Position numbers and translations under genes: made by a program. DNA of 64,000 bases, from positions 9,408,844-9,472,843 of the forward strand of contig CM082588.2 in NCBI GenBank assembly GCA_040954595.2, read 5' to 3'. The notes beneath the pieces were generated by a model. It saw only the letters and a list, made by a program, of their open reading frames with translations, was not told where the DNA came from and ran no database searches. Shown one piece after another: positions 1 to 11,905 of this stretch. Position 1 is the stretch's first letter, and every line of letters starts with the position of its first letter. This stretch comes from Balanoglossus misakiensis (taxonomy: Eukaryota > Animalia > Hemichordata).

Positions 1-2293
1 GAAACAAACCAGGGTTTAAGTAGCATGTGTACCTGTTTGAGTTTCTTCAGGCAAACATGTGTAGTTAATTGAAGCTTGGTTAAATGTGTGGTGGACTGCT
101 TCTTTGCCCTGCTCCCCGAAGAACCCTAGTCCTCGTTTATACAATCTGACCTTTTCCATTGTGTGGCACTCCAGCATGTGTAATTTGGGAAATACACTTT
201 CATCGGGAAAATGCTTCCGATACAGGCTCATGAACCTTGATGTGGCAGTATCTGAAATAAATTGTATTTGAAAATGTCAATATTTTTTACTTCAAAGTTA
301 TAAATTAGTAATTAAATGTTACAATAGTGATGTGCCATTTTTGATAAGCATTATGTATTTTGCTTCATGGAGCAAAGTATTTTGTATGGCTACATGCATG
401 GTATCTAAAAAGCTGTCATCCTCTTTTTATTACCGTAAGAGCCCCCGTATGGGAAAACACCCCCTTTGTTTTTCAGGCCCATTTGTTGAATTATGAAGTT
501 AGATTCTGTATAACGCACCCCCCCCCCCTCCCTCGGCCGAATATCCATTACATTTCTTAGAAATTTAATAAAGTCTTGTTTAAACTGTGTATGCAAAATT
601 TGTGGTGTATGCTTTATAAGATAATAAACAGTAACTCTTTCGAATATGTGCTGGCCATGAAAAGGGGCTTTTGGTTTGTGGAGTATGATGAACTGCGTAA
701 TTTACGTCATCGTAATTGTGAAGGTCGATCGATGACTCTGGAGAATTTGTTTCATTCTCTCCACTTTCTCAGCTTTCACCATAAAGCCGATGTTACAGAG
801 CTGTAGCACTCAATACCTAAGGGAATGATACGATGCCGGTTGCTTTGGCTTTAGATAGTACGTGCGCTTTGTTGCAACATCGGCATCCATATTGACAGAT
901 ATGAGTTTAGCGATGTCACGCCATAAACTTGCTACTTTCTTTTCATTGTATATCTTCCTTGTTCCCTATCTTCCCTGTGAGTGTGATTGTCTGTGTCTAC
1001 TGTGTGTGTATGAAAGACCTACCTAAGTGTTCCATATCTGCTCTGTGTACGTTGGTTTGTGCTTGTCTGACTTATTCCCTGCCTGCTGTGTGTATATGTG
1101 TGCAAGTGGAAGAGGTGGTGGGGGTGGGGGTACCTGCATGCATGCTGTACTTACCCAATTCTTCAATTTCAATATTCTCAATTTCCTGCGGAGGGAATAT
1201 TTGTTGTGGCAGTTTGCAAATTCAGTGAACAGTGGTTGATGATTGAGAACAATTTCCCGGGCTTTTGGAAGCAACTCTGGGCATACCTGCTCTGTCACAT
1301 TTACCCCACTGTTGCACAGTAGATTCACATTTTGTGGCTGAAAAATAGGCAGTCCTATCATTAATCTTTTCATTCTCAGGGCAAGTTTTTTTCACTATGA
1401 ATTAAGTCTGTATTTCAAGACTGTAAATGATATACTTAACATTTATACTTAAAATAAAATCAAATGGATGTTATAAATGTTCTGTTAAATTATATTTGAT
1501 TAATGTATTTATTAATCAACGTTTGGTTACTCACCAACCTGAAAAATATTGTTCAACGTCCAACCTAAAAATAAAAAAACTAACAGAAAAATGAAAAATA
1601 AAGATAAAATGTCCACAGGAACTTTGCTATGTATCAACTTTCAGTACAGTTTATTGTCTCTCTCTTTAATGTGGAAAATGTCGATCATTCAGTGTTATTG
1701 CTGACCAAAGAGTTCTAGTCAAGACCTGAATAAATTTTCAAAAATAAATATGATAACAATCTTTTGTCAACAATAACATTGCTTGTATTGCCTATATTGA
1801 CCCTGGTGACAACCTGAATACTTGGCTTATCAACATGTTGTAGGGAGCATAACAAGAAACTGTAGATAAAAACACACAGAACACAGATACTGCAAATCTT
1901 ATCAAAAGTTACGGCTACTGTGACATTCCAATAATTTTTTTTAAATGAAATTATTCTCTGAAAGTACAGTGTTACAGTGTGTGGTCTGTTACAGCAAAGC
2001 AACTTACAGAAAACACAAATATGGCAAACAAACTTCAACAACTTCATGCATGTCAATTAAGTAACCATTATTATTACACAGACCTTGCAGCAGCGGTTTA
2101 CATGATTGCCTATGAATGATTGAATATTGTATGCTTGCAAATAGACATTACTTGCCTCTATGCGAGTATTCAGCTTGATGGGGAAGCTTTGACTGCAACT
2201 AAACAATTTCTGCAGCCTAAAAGTTAAACACACCCAATGATTACATCCAAATAAAAAATTAATCTTGTTATCCCTGAAAAAAGACACTTCACA

Positions 2294-4040
2294 TTTTTAG
2301 GTCCCATTGGTATAGGCCTATATACCATGGGACCTTATGGGATGGGTTGCGTCTGTATGGATGTATGTATGGATGTATGTATGTCTGTATGTCCGTCCAC
2401 ATCAAAAACTTGAAAACCGCTGCGCGTATCACCTTGATATTTGGTGTGCAGATGCAGGCTGGGCTGTAGATGGGAGTTTGTCCAAACGAAGTTGCCAGGC
2501 CCAAAAATATGCAAATTAGCCAGTAAAATGTGAAATTTATCAAAACTCTGAAAGTCAACAACTACTGGTCAGATTGCTTTGAAAATTGGTATGCATGTAC
2601 CTTATGTCAACCTCACATCGACCTGTAAGTGTTAAGTTAATATCATGGATGTTTTATTTTTTATGAATTTTTTAGTCTTTTTATTAAATTTATACCTTTA
2701 CTTATACCTCTATGGTTAAGCTATGTCCACGTCTTATTGTGGAATTCTGGTCTGTGCAATAGTCCTGTACAGTGACTGTCTATTGGTCAGTGAGCACAAT
2801 GGGGCCAAAATAAAAGGCAAATTTTTGGGCTCACTTGTAACACCTGCTTAACACATTAATTATGTGCATACCTAATTCCGGGCTAACTAATAGGGCTAGA
2901 GGTTTCGTTCTTGTGGGACATGGACCAGTATAGGGTCAAAATTTCTTGCCCAAATTTTGGGTGACCTCAGGTGACCTTTGACCTACTTTCCTATATCTCG
3001 GCATCCAGAGCAGGTACAGACTTGGCGTTTGGAGGGTTGGGACTAAAATTGAAAAGCCAAAATATGGGTCACCTGTGACACCTGCATATCTCATTAATTA
3101 TGTGCATACCTAATTACAGGCTAACCAATAGGGCTATAGGTTTGGTTTTTGTTGAGCATGGACCAGTATAGGGTCAAAATTTCTTACCCAAATTTTGCAT
3201 GACCTCAGGTGACCTTTGACCTACTTTTCCATATCTTGGCATCCAGAGCAGGTACAGACTTGGCGTTTGGAGGGTTGGGACTAAAATTGAAAAGCCAAAA
3301 TTGGGGGTCACCTGTGACACCTGCATATCTCATTAATTATGTGCATACCTAATTCCAGGCTAACCAATAAGGCTATAGGTTTGCTTTTTGTTGAACATGG
3401 ACCAGTATAGGGTCAAAATTTCTTGCCCAAATTTTGCATGACCTCAGGTGACCTTTGACCTACTTTACCATATCTTGGCATCCAGAGCAGGTACAGACTT
3501 GGCGTTTGGAGGGTTGGCACTAAAATTGAAAAGCCAAAATTGGGGGTCACCTGTGACACCTGCATATCTCATTAATTATGTGCATACCTAATTCCAGACT
3601 TACCAATAAGGCTATAGGTTTGGTTTTTATTGAACATGGACCAGTATAAGGTCAAAATTTCTTGCCCAAATTTTGCATTACATCAGGTGACCTTTGACCT
3701 ACTTTATCATATCTTGGCATCCAGAGCAGGTACAGACTTCGCGTTTGGAGGGTTGGGACTAAAATTGAAAAGCCAAAATTGGGGGTCACCTGTGACACCT
3801 GCATATCTCATTAATTATGTGCATACCTAATTCCAGGCTAACCAATAGGGCTATAGGTTTTGTTTTTGTTGAACATGGACCAGTATAGGGTCAAAATTTC
3901 TTGCCCAAATTTTGCATGACCTCAGGTGACCTTTGACCTACTTTTCCATATCTTGGCATCCAGAGTAGATATGCTTATTGCTATGTTGCTATGAGCTATG
4001 TCCTCAAATGGGACCACAGTGTCCTTGACGCTATTTTTTT
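2294..4040 (+). mobile_element. Non-autonomous Helentron-associated element (HINE/DINE-1/Pearl-like) with central tandem repeats
   Basis: In order: 5' T-run; subTIR AGGTCCCAT (2299-2307) with its inverted copy ATGGGACCT (2327-2335); GTAT/GTCY microsatellite (~2351-2398); central 239-bp array; 3' subTIR ATGGGACC (4008-4015); small hairpin AGTGTC-ctt-GACGCT (4018-4032); T-run (4034-4040). Confidence 0.8.
2805..3965 (+). repeat. Tandem array of ~239-bp units, ~4.8 copies, inside the HINE
   Basis: GGTCACCTGTGACACC recurs at 3067, 3306, 3545 and 3784; a more diverged first unit starts near 2805-2830. Confidence 0.95.
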
Positions 4041-5269
4041 ATAAACCAGCTAGTAAATATGATAATGCATTCACCTTTTGTCTACAATATCAGAAAGTTT
4101 CACGTTCCATTCATTGTACTTGTCCAAGTGTTGGAAGCCAGTTCTCATCATCAATATCATTATCACCAGCATCAGTGAAAGCAGCTTAAATATGAGATGT
4201 GAGTAAATCATACTCAACATTTATTTCATTAATCTCTGAATTGAGGTGAGATATCTTGGTAATAAGACTGACATATTCATCAAAGTGGGCAAGTTTCATC
4301 ACTGGCTCATCTATTTCCTCTCCCTCCACTAAACGAAGATTTCGACATCAGGTAGGTGACAAGAATTCTGAGGAGTCGAAAGAGCCTCTGAAATACACCC
4401 AGGGAGATGTGCAAAACAGGAATCGAAACCTATGAGAGAAATTAAGCATAACACATTAATTATGACTTCTTGTTTTTATCTGAAATGAAGATAGAGAAAA
4501 ATGAAATTGATACATCTATGAAGAACATACCCTACACAGGAGAACCATCACACCTCTGTAACATTCACATATATGGTACACAGTTGTACACAGGCCTGTA
4601 ACAGCTCTGTGGAATAACAGATCCTGTACTGGGTTGTGATAGCTAATGCTGTCATATAGGTGTGATTCTCAGGTATTTGACAGCCATGTGCAAATGCCTG
4701 TTACACGGCTGTGAATATTGGGATGTAACAGGGATTTAATTTACACCTCAATGCCAGTATCTCACATATCAATCTATGTTACACTGTTTTATTCTACAAC
4801 CCAGTACCAACCCAATACACAACACTGTACCAGCCCTGTAATAAAAAAGTCATGTTACACCTCAACACACATCACTGTGATAGCCCAGGGTTAGTGGCCC
4901 TCAATACCTGCATATGTTCACAGGGATCAGTCTTTGAGACCCCCCCCCCCCCAGTGCAGTAAACTTGTGCAATGGTAGGCCCTCTATTGACTGCACTTTT
5001 CCCAGACGTGTGATCGACGCTACAACAATTGCAATTTTCGCCTTGGCTGCTGTAAGCTCAGTTGTAAGTTCTTCGAGCCTTTTTGCAAGAGTGTCATTAT
5101 GCAGTTGTAATGGTTTGATGTCAGCGGAATTATCGGACTGTGCCAGTGGGAAGAAATAGTCATGATCACAAGCCACTACGTTTGCTGCGATCAGGGAGTG
5201 GGTCAACATCATAAAATAAGAAAAGTGAAGACGCGGTGACTGCTTTACCAAGCTCAGCACATAATGACT

Positions 5270-6657
5270 TCACATTCTCTTCATCTTGCTGTTGGTGTGA
5301 TGGAGCTCTTGGGTCATACAGGTTTGTTGAAGCTTTCTTTGCAATATCTTGTCCATACTGGTACTTACGGATGTTGAGTTAATGGACGGGTGCACTGGTT
5401 GTTTGTATTGTCTTGGTTTTTTCCATCTGCATAGAATACTTGTACAAGAAACTGGCTCTTCATTTTCATGCAGTCCTTTTCGGCAGAAGTCTTCAAGAGC
5501 AAACAGAAGAGCTGCTACATGGTTACATCTGCCATGACCATTTATTCCTTTACTGTAAATGAAAATGCAACACAATTTAAAGGGACTTTGTTTACATCCA
5601 ATATATATCCCCCCCCCAAAAAAAAAACAACAACAACACACACACAACAAAATCAAGCGAATATTATGATGTAGCACTGAGTACAAACTTTATAGAAGTG
5701 GGGCATGGCAGAGGTACTGTTTTCGTGACTGACTTTCAGAGCAATTTTTAAAGAATCTATTGACGTGCCTTTGTTTACTAGTAGTTCACTGGTGGTTACA
5801 TGTACATCCATAGAGTGCCGGCCACGCCCCCTCCCCCCACCTATGGCTTCCACAACTCACTGCACGTATATTTTGATACACCCGGCAAATAAAGCTATAT
5901 CATCACCAACCTCTTCGGTTTTCAGAAGTATTGAACAATACATGCAATAGATTCACGTTTCGAAACGGTATTTAGCCAGCTAGTCAAGTGTTTGTCGCCG
6001 CATATTAAACGCGGAAGTAAAACAGGTTGTTTGTGAACACTAACCCAGCCGGACATTCACACGCAGCTTGTTTCACATTCCCGTTCAGCGCGATCGTGAC
6101 AACCGTTCTGTACACCCTTTTCTTCATACTCGCTTTTACTTTTGCTCGAACAATGGTTGACATTTTTCCTCGGAGGACCTCAATCTTAGAGACGTGACCT
6201 TCTGCAAAAAACTTGAACGCCTTCATCTGTTTGTACCCAACGTTCTGCATATAGCTCGGAGAATATTTTGCTGACACGTCGACCAGATACTGATACAGCT
6301 GGACAAACGTAAACACTGGCACCCGTCGGAGATCGGTTGTCCACACATTCTGTCCACCAACCGTTGAAGAAAGCAGGCCATCCACGGACCACGCACGTTC
6401 ATTTTCGTCATGATGTCTTACATCTGATGAGCAAGACGGGCCTGCGTCAGTCGTCGAACTCCCGCCGGTACTACAAGCGGTGCCACTGCCAACCGATGGA
6501 TTTTCGCACAAAACCGCAAGAATCCGCGCTATTAGATCACTTTTCTTGCCACCGGTCTTCAATCCTCTTAATTTCAATATTTCTTTGAGTTGTTTCACAG
6601 TTTTTTTTGTAGGTCGTCGATCTTCGCCTGGCTCGGTGTAGTGCCAGTCGCATCCAT
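5270..6657 (-). pseudogene. SAP + SWIM zinc-finger protein, 5' part of an ISL2EU/Kolobok-type accessory (usually YqaJ-nuclease) gene
   Basis: SAP motif VKQLKEILKLRGLKTGGKKSDLIARI. The SWIM motif is rebuilt by an in-phase GT-AG splice (6045 to 5552): CECPAG|KGINGHGRCNHVAALL, followed by SCTS..C.W..P. The ATG at 6657 is out of frame by one base in the A-run (6601-6608). A further frameshift lies near 5390. No YqaJ domain is visible. Confidence 0.75.
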
Positions 6658-7631
6658 TGTTCGCGATGTCAACAAACTACAGACGTGACGTTTCTACCCT
6701 GCCGCTTTTCTAGGTCAAACTAGTGATTTGCATATATTTACGCATGCGCATAAAAATCTCCCGAGGAATGCGCAAAAGGAGTATTGTGGCATTGATCATG
6801 AGCTTACCTGTCGGTGAAGGACAGAGGTGTTATACTACCAACAGCATTGCTGATATCATTCCCAGTTGTGAGCTGATTGAATTTTGTAAGTAAATGTCTT
6901 GGTTCATCCAGTGAAGTTGTTAATAACACAGCACCCAACTGATGTCCACTCAAGATGTGATAGTGGGAATCAAAGAGAATCAACTGAAAAAAAAGACATG
7001 ATAGTTCATCTAACTTTGCGTGTACTTTAATACAAGTATATTTTCATGGTTATATTTTATTATTTAAAGTTAGTGAATCAAGTGCCATGGTGCCCAAAAC
7101 TCAAGTAGGATAGCAGTATTATAATTATGTTATTATTTGACTTAATGAAATGCAAAAAATACACAGCAACTGTTTTGTGATAATCATTACCTTGTTTTGG
7201 TGCCTGTAGAAAACCACACTCTGTCCTCGTGAAATGTTTATTGCAGTGTAAATGGATTCTCGTGAGAACTGTTGTTGTAACTGATATACAAGACTTTCTG
7301 TTGTGTCACTGAAATTGTTGTAAACAGGACCTATCTCTTGATTGTATTGTGTAGGAAACCTGCAATGTGCAACTGCCTCTTCAACAGTCAAATTAAGTGA
7401 CGGGGGAGAGACATGTTGTTCGATATATCTGGAAGTGAAAGAAAAATAATTGGGTAAGTACTGAATAATAATGTTCCAACTATGAGTAAAGATCCGCCAT
7501 ACATGTAACTTTGACCTCTGTAGAAACATTTTACTGACACATTTTTTAAAAATTTGGCTGGACGATGACTTTACATATACATATACATTGTTTTTACATT
7601 ATTCATGATTGATAAAGTATCATACACAGGC

Positions 7632-9914
7632 TTACCTGTCATGGCTTTCATTTCCTGACTTGAGACCTAAATACAGTAATGAACTAACTGCATGGGCTAG
7701 AGATGTGTGTGTGTTTACCTGGGATGGAATATGATCCAGGACTGCTCTATTCAAATGGAACAGTCTAGCTATATACAAAGCGATTATGGTACATGCATTG
7801 CTGCTGCCCTGTCTTACACCGGCCTGACTGAAACTGGGTGGAAATACCCAATATAAACAGTTGTGATATGACTGTGTTTGAGGCATGGATAGACGCATTG
7901 TAAATGATCTACTGGATGAGGATGTAGTGTTGTTTTGTGACTGGTGCTGTGTCTGGCTTTGTCTTTGTATTGGAGGTTGTTCTCGGTGTGGCTGGTGTTC
8001 TTGGTGTCTACTAGTAATAGTATTGTCTGATGAGTTCTCACTGGTTTGTGCATGTAATAGCAAAGGACATGTTATGACTTTGTTTGTTGTCTTGGTGTGA
8101 CCATACTGTTTACAATGTGAACACCGTCTTCTACTAGCTGCAAATGGTTGAGAAGATGGTTGTGTATTGGTACACGTCTGTCTGTCTGGTTGATGGTGTG
8201 GTCTTTGAATGTGTATATTTTGAAGTTTTGTGGAGAGGTCAATGCCAAACTGGGGTGAACTGTAGTATTGCCTATCTCTTTGTGTGATGACAGGTGTAAC
8301 ATTACAAGTGGATGTTTCTTCATCTGTGCGCTGTTGTTGTGTTTGCTGTTGTTCATTTGAAACTGTAGGTGATGATTGTGTGGGCTGAAGGAGAGAGTCA
8401 TTGAGGGATTTGACTAGTTTCTGTGCCTGATCCTGAATAAGAGGTGTGCATATTGGACAGCTTGAGTCAGTTTCAAGATGTGAGGAATGTATAAGATGAC
8501 GGCATGGTAGGTGAAGGAGATCTGTAGTGTCATCATGTGGGTTGGAACAACCAGGATGGTCACATAATTTGTGAGGTGCAGGATCATGTGCTACTACATA
8601 TGAAAGTGGCATTTGCTTGGGTTGAATCTGTGTGTGTAAGGTCTTAAGGTGGTTAGTTGGAGGGCCATGTGGCAAACCATCACTATCTGTATCCTGTGTT
8701 TTCTTGGACTTTCCAATATTGGCTGCTATATCTGTAAACAAGGTGGTCATAGCTTCTGCTGCCTTCCCTGCCAAGACAGAGTAATCCCTTTTGCTGATCC
8801 CTCTCTGGCCTGGTGGTATGAACGCGCTGGTTAGCTGTTGTTGGCAACTGTTGCAGCTGAGAGACCGGGCTGTTTTCTGGATGTCAGAAGCTGATATGTT
8901 GGTTCGTTGTGTGTGTCTTCTGAGCTGTGCATGAAACAACTCAACAAGAGCTTCAGTGAAAGCAGTGAGATATGAAGAATAGTGTGATGTTAAAGATGTG
9001 AAAGATAGAGCGTGAAATTCTGAATCACTCAAGTATGACAGACATGCCCTGTCGTAATGATGTCGTCCCCACTGGATGAAGAAGATGCTGATTCTCTTCA
9101 TGAGTTGTTGATACAACTTGTAGTTGCCAGATCGAAAGACAGCAGCATACAAGAGGAGACAAGCTGGTAGAATGTCTTCCAGGGCATGGATGACAAAGTC
9201 AACCTCTGGATCCTTGCAGTGGTGGAAGGTTTGAAGTACCTGCTCACGGACCAATCTCCAGCCAAGGTAAAATGTACACAGCACCAGTTTTGTCTGCCAT
9301 GGTCTTGGTTTCAAGGGAAGGTCTCTCTGGAACACTGCCTTGTACAATGGAGCATAGATTGCCCAACACATCATCACATGGTCTTCATCAATGTTGAGGT
9401 TGACATGTAGTAGTCCCTGTCTTGGAATAATATTTATATTAATCTTACCCTGTGCTTGTAATTTCTTGCTGAAAAACCACCCTGGCCAATCTGCTATCAT
9501 CACCACGGCATACTTTGCAGAGTATAATCTGAAAGCAGGAATTTTGTCTAAGATGTGTTGATAACATGTTTGGTAATTCTCAAGACAGTGGAGAGGCATT
9601 TCAAGGAGATCAACAAGATGTGAGTGTTTGAGTGAGTGCATCATCCTGAATTGATATTCTTTGTATAACTTGAAATGCTCCAACATTTCATCAAATTTGT
9701 CTGGTGTGATGTTTGTGTAGTCTGTTGGTAATGAATCCATGATAGTTTGTGTTTGGCTCATGGTCTCTTGTATTGTGTGTGTTATTATGTCTGGATCTAC
9801 ACCACCAATGACACCATTAACTACATTGTGCATTGTTTCATTTATTGGTATGGCAGGGCAACCTGGAATAGATATTAATATTGTAGCAAAGTGAAGAGCA
9901 GAAGATGTTTTCAT
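7632..9914 (-). CDS. Main open exon (760 aa) of the above transposase-like gene
   Basis: Uninterrupted ORF with IADWPG, GLLHVNLN, HHYDRACL and EALVELFH motifs. It also has a RING-like CDHPGC..LPCRHLIH..CPIC, a CSHCKQYGH..CP knuckle and a GSSNACTIIA nucleophile-like motif. It ends at a GTAAG donor (7635). Confidence 0.8.
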   Translation of the reverse strand: MKTSSALHFATILISIPGCPAIPINETMHNVVNGVIGGVDPDIITHTIQETMSQTQTIMDSLPTDYTNITPDKFDEMLEHFKLYKEYQFRMMHSLKHSHLVDLLEMPLHCLENYQTCYQHILDKIPAFRLYSAKYAVVMIADWPGWFFSKKLQAQGKININIIPRQGLLHVNLNIDEDHVMMCWAIYAPLYKAVFQRDLPLKPRPWQTKLVLCTFYLGWRLVREQVLQTFHHCKDPEVDFVIHALEDILPACLLLYAAVFRSGNYKLYQQLMKRISIFFIQWGRHHYDRACLSYLSDSEFHALSFTSLTSHYSSYLTAFTEALVELFHAQLRRHTQRTNISASDIQKTARSLSCNSCQQQLTSAFIPPGQRGISKRDYSVLAGKAAEAMTTLFTDIAANIGKSKKTQDTDSDGLPHGPPTNHLKTLHTQIQPKQMPLSYVVAHDPAPHKLCDHPGCSNPHDDTTDLLHLPCRHLIHSSHLETDSSCPICTPLIQDQAQKLVKSLNDSLLQPTQSSPTVSNEQQQTQQQRTDEETSTCNVTPVITQRDRQYYSSPQFGIDLSTKLQNIHIQRPHHQPDRQTCTNTQPSSQPFAASRRRCSHCKQYGHTKTTNKVITCPLLLHAQTSENSSDNTITSRHQEHQPHREQPPIQRQSQTQHQSQNNTTSSSSRSFTMRLSMPQTQSYHNCLYWVFPPSFSQAGVRQGSSNACTIIALYIARLFHLNRAVLDHIPSQVNTHTSLAHAVSSLLYLGLKSGNESHDR

Positions 9915-9964
9915 GTCTGTGGGTCGTTTGTGTAATTGTATGTGATGATAATCATCTATGTTAA

Positions 9965-10138
9965 AGGTATACGGTCACCTATACAAATTTAGCGACAGTT
10001 ACCATGGTAAATCGAGATCTAACCAATCACAGATTTTCAGTGGGTGGCACACGCGAAAATAAAGCGTTCTTTAGAACACTCAAATACGCCATTTCAACTA
10101 TATATGGCGATATGTAAATTGGAGGTGACCGTATACCT
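9965..10138. mobile_element. 174-bp Kolobok-type MITE
   Basis: Perfect 16-bp TIRs AGGTATACGGTCACCT (9965-9980 / 10123-10138) flanked by TTAA (9961-9964, 10139-10142). RR..YY termini with a TTAA TSD are typical of Kolobok. Excision restores the host reading frame ITL-NIDDYH. Confidence 0.9.
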
Positions 10139-11905
10139 TTAAGGGTGATCAACAGTTTCTTCTGTGAGGGAGAAAAAAGATAAAATGTATAATTATTAAG
10201 TGGATTTAGAACTTCCAGAAGATGTACATGTATATGTACACACAACACAAACATGATGTAATACTGATCACTGACATTTCCACTTTCAAGCAGAATACCA
10301 ATTTTAGATGATGGTTATGTAAAGAAATCAATTTGTATAACTAATTTGCTAAGAAAATAGATTTTATTCAAACAAAATTTCTACTTACATTGTATGCATC
10401 TAACACACACCTATTTGTTGTTTCACAGTTTCGGGTGGCAAGATGTCCCTCAAAGCGCTTTATTGTGTTTTGGCTAGTAGAATACCCCATCACACGGCCC
10501 AGTACCAACCCTTCCCAAGAGAGTCCATGTTGACGAAGAAACATGCCACAGTCCTTTTCCAGTGTGGAACACTTTTGTGATCTGTCTCAAGACATTTTGC
10601 ATGATTGGTTAATGTGTACTCCCCACAGCAGTTTTATATAAAACTGAAATAATAACTGAAAATCTTTGTAACATACATATTTAATCTGTCTGAACATGAC
10701 AAATGGACCATAGAAATTACCTGAAGTATGAGAGAATGTGTAGTAGCGCAACAGTTCTTTTTCTTTGCAGATGATATCTCTCTGTTGACAGCCTATTGTC
10801 TCTTCTGCAGATTCAATTGAAGATGGCCTGATATAATCCTGGACTGTGTTCGTTGCAAAATGTCTCCATGGACTCACTGCTATACAATCTTTTGTGGGGA
10901 TTTGTCTCATAATATTTTAAGAGGGCTTGTTGAAACGACTGTACAGATTCCGCAAAGTTAAAACCTACCAAGCAAACATATTAAAGGGTGAAGACAAGTT
11001 TTCAAAATACCAAATATCTAGCTCTTGACATTGTTATTATTTTTTCACATGATTGATTCTTTGTATGGTTCTGGTTAACATCAAACAGTTCAACTCATAC
11101 CCTGTGTGTAGGGATAATGCAAAAATACTTTTATGTGTTTATTTCTGGTACTGACCATAATTATGTATTCAAAGTATTTCTGGTGACTTTAATAAAAATT
11201 GATGATATTGGTCTGGTAACCAAAACATGTGTGGTTAACCTAGTTGAATAAAAACGGCTATTTACCTTCTGACAACTTTTTGATGTCTCCCATTATTTTG
11301 TCCCATATGTCCCCCTTTACATGGAAATGGCCATCAGAAAACTGGATGACCCCATATAGTGTTTGCATAAATGTATCTTCAGTAACCTGCTGAAAAATAT
11401 TTAATAAAATATACTGAAAAAACCTGAACATGGACATAATATGAATAATTTAATGACATGTACTCTCTTGTGATGTAATATGAATGATTGCATTCTTTTA
11501 TCAATGGTCAAAGTTATTAACCATGTGATACTTACATTACAGTTGGTCTCATGCTCGTCACAGGTCGAGTCAGGCAAAGAGTGGTGGAATGGAACTGGAG
11601 CTCCTCCCTTTTTGTGCAAATGAAAATGAAAAGTTATTCTAGATTTCTAGTAACCATGATTTTGTATTGCTGGCCAGTATTCATTCATTTGCCAGTTAAA
11701 TTTTCATATTTTGAACAGATAAAATTAAAAATCGTACTACCTTTGTGTTACGTGATTTAGATTTTGAGCAAACTCTAATCACATGATATATAATGGTGAT
11801 TTTTTTCTCATTGATGTTGAATTTTATCAGAAAAGTCACATACAAGATTCCCTCACCTGATGTTCAACTCTTTGCAAACAAGTATGGCAGATCATGCTTC
11901 CTACA

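Larger units (their letters stand above)
16..4430 (-). pseudogene. Degenerate multi-exon RAG1/Transib/Chapaev-type DDE transposase, interrupted by a HINE
   Basis: Minus-strand exon relics are in the expected order: ~4330-4430 IPVLHISLGVFQRLF; ~2080-2290 QAYNIQSFIGNHVNRC; 1155-1330 FTEFANCHNKY..IEEL. That last exon has a GT donor at 1154 in phase with the AG acceptor before 251. Exon 16-251 reads FMSLYRKHFP..PKLHMLECH..GLGFFGEQGKEAVHH. These motifs parallel RAG1-core LH..G, GN, H....H and EG.E. Stops and frameshifts are present. Confidence 0.75.
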
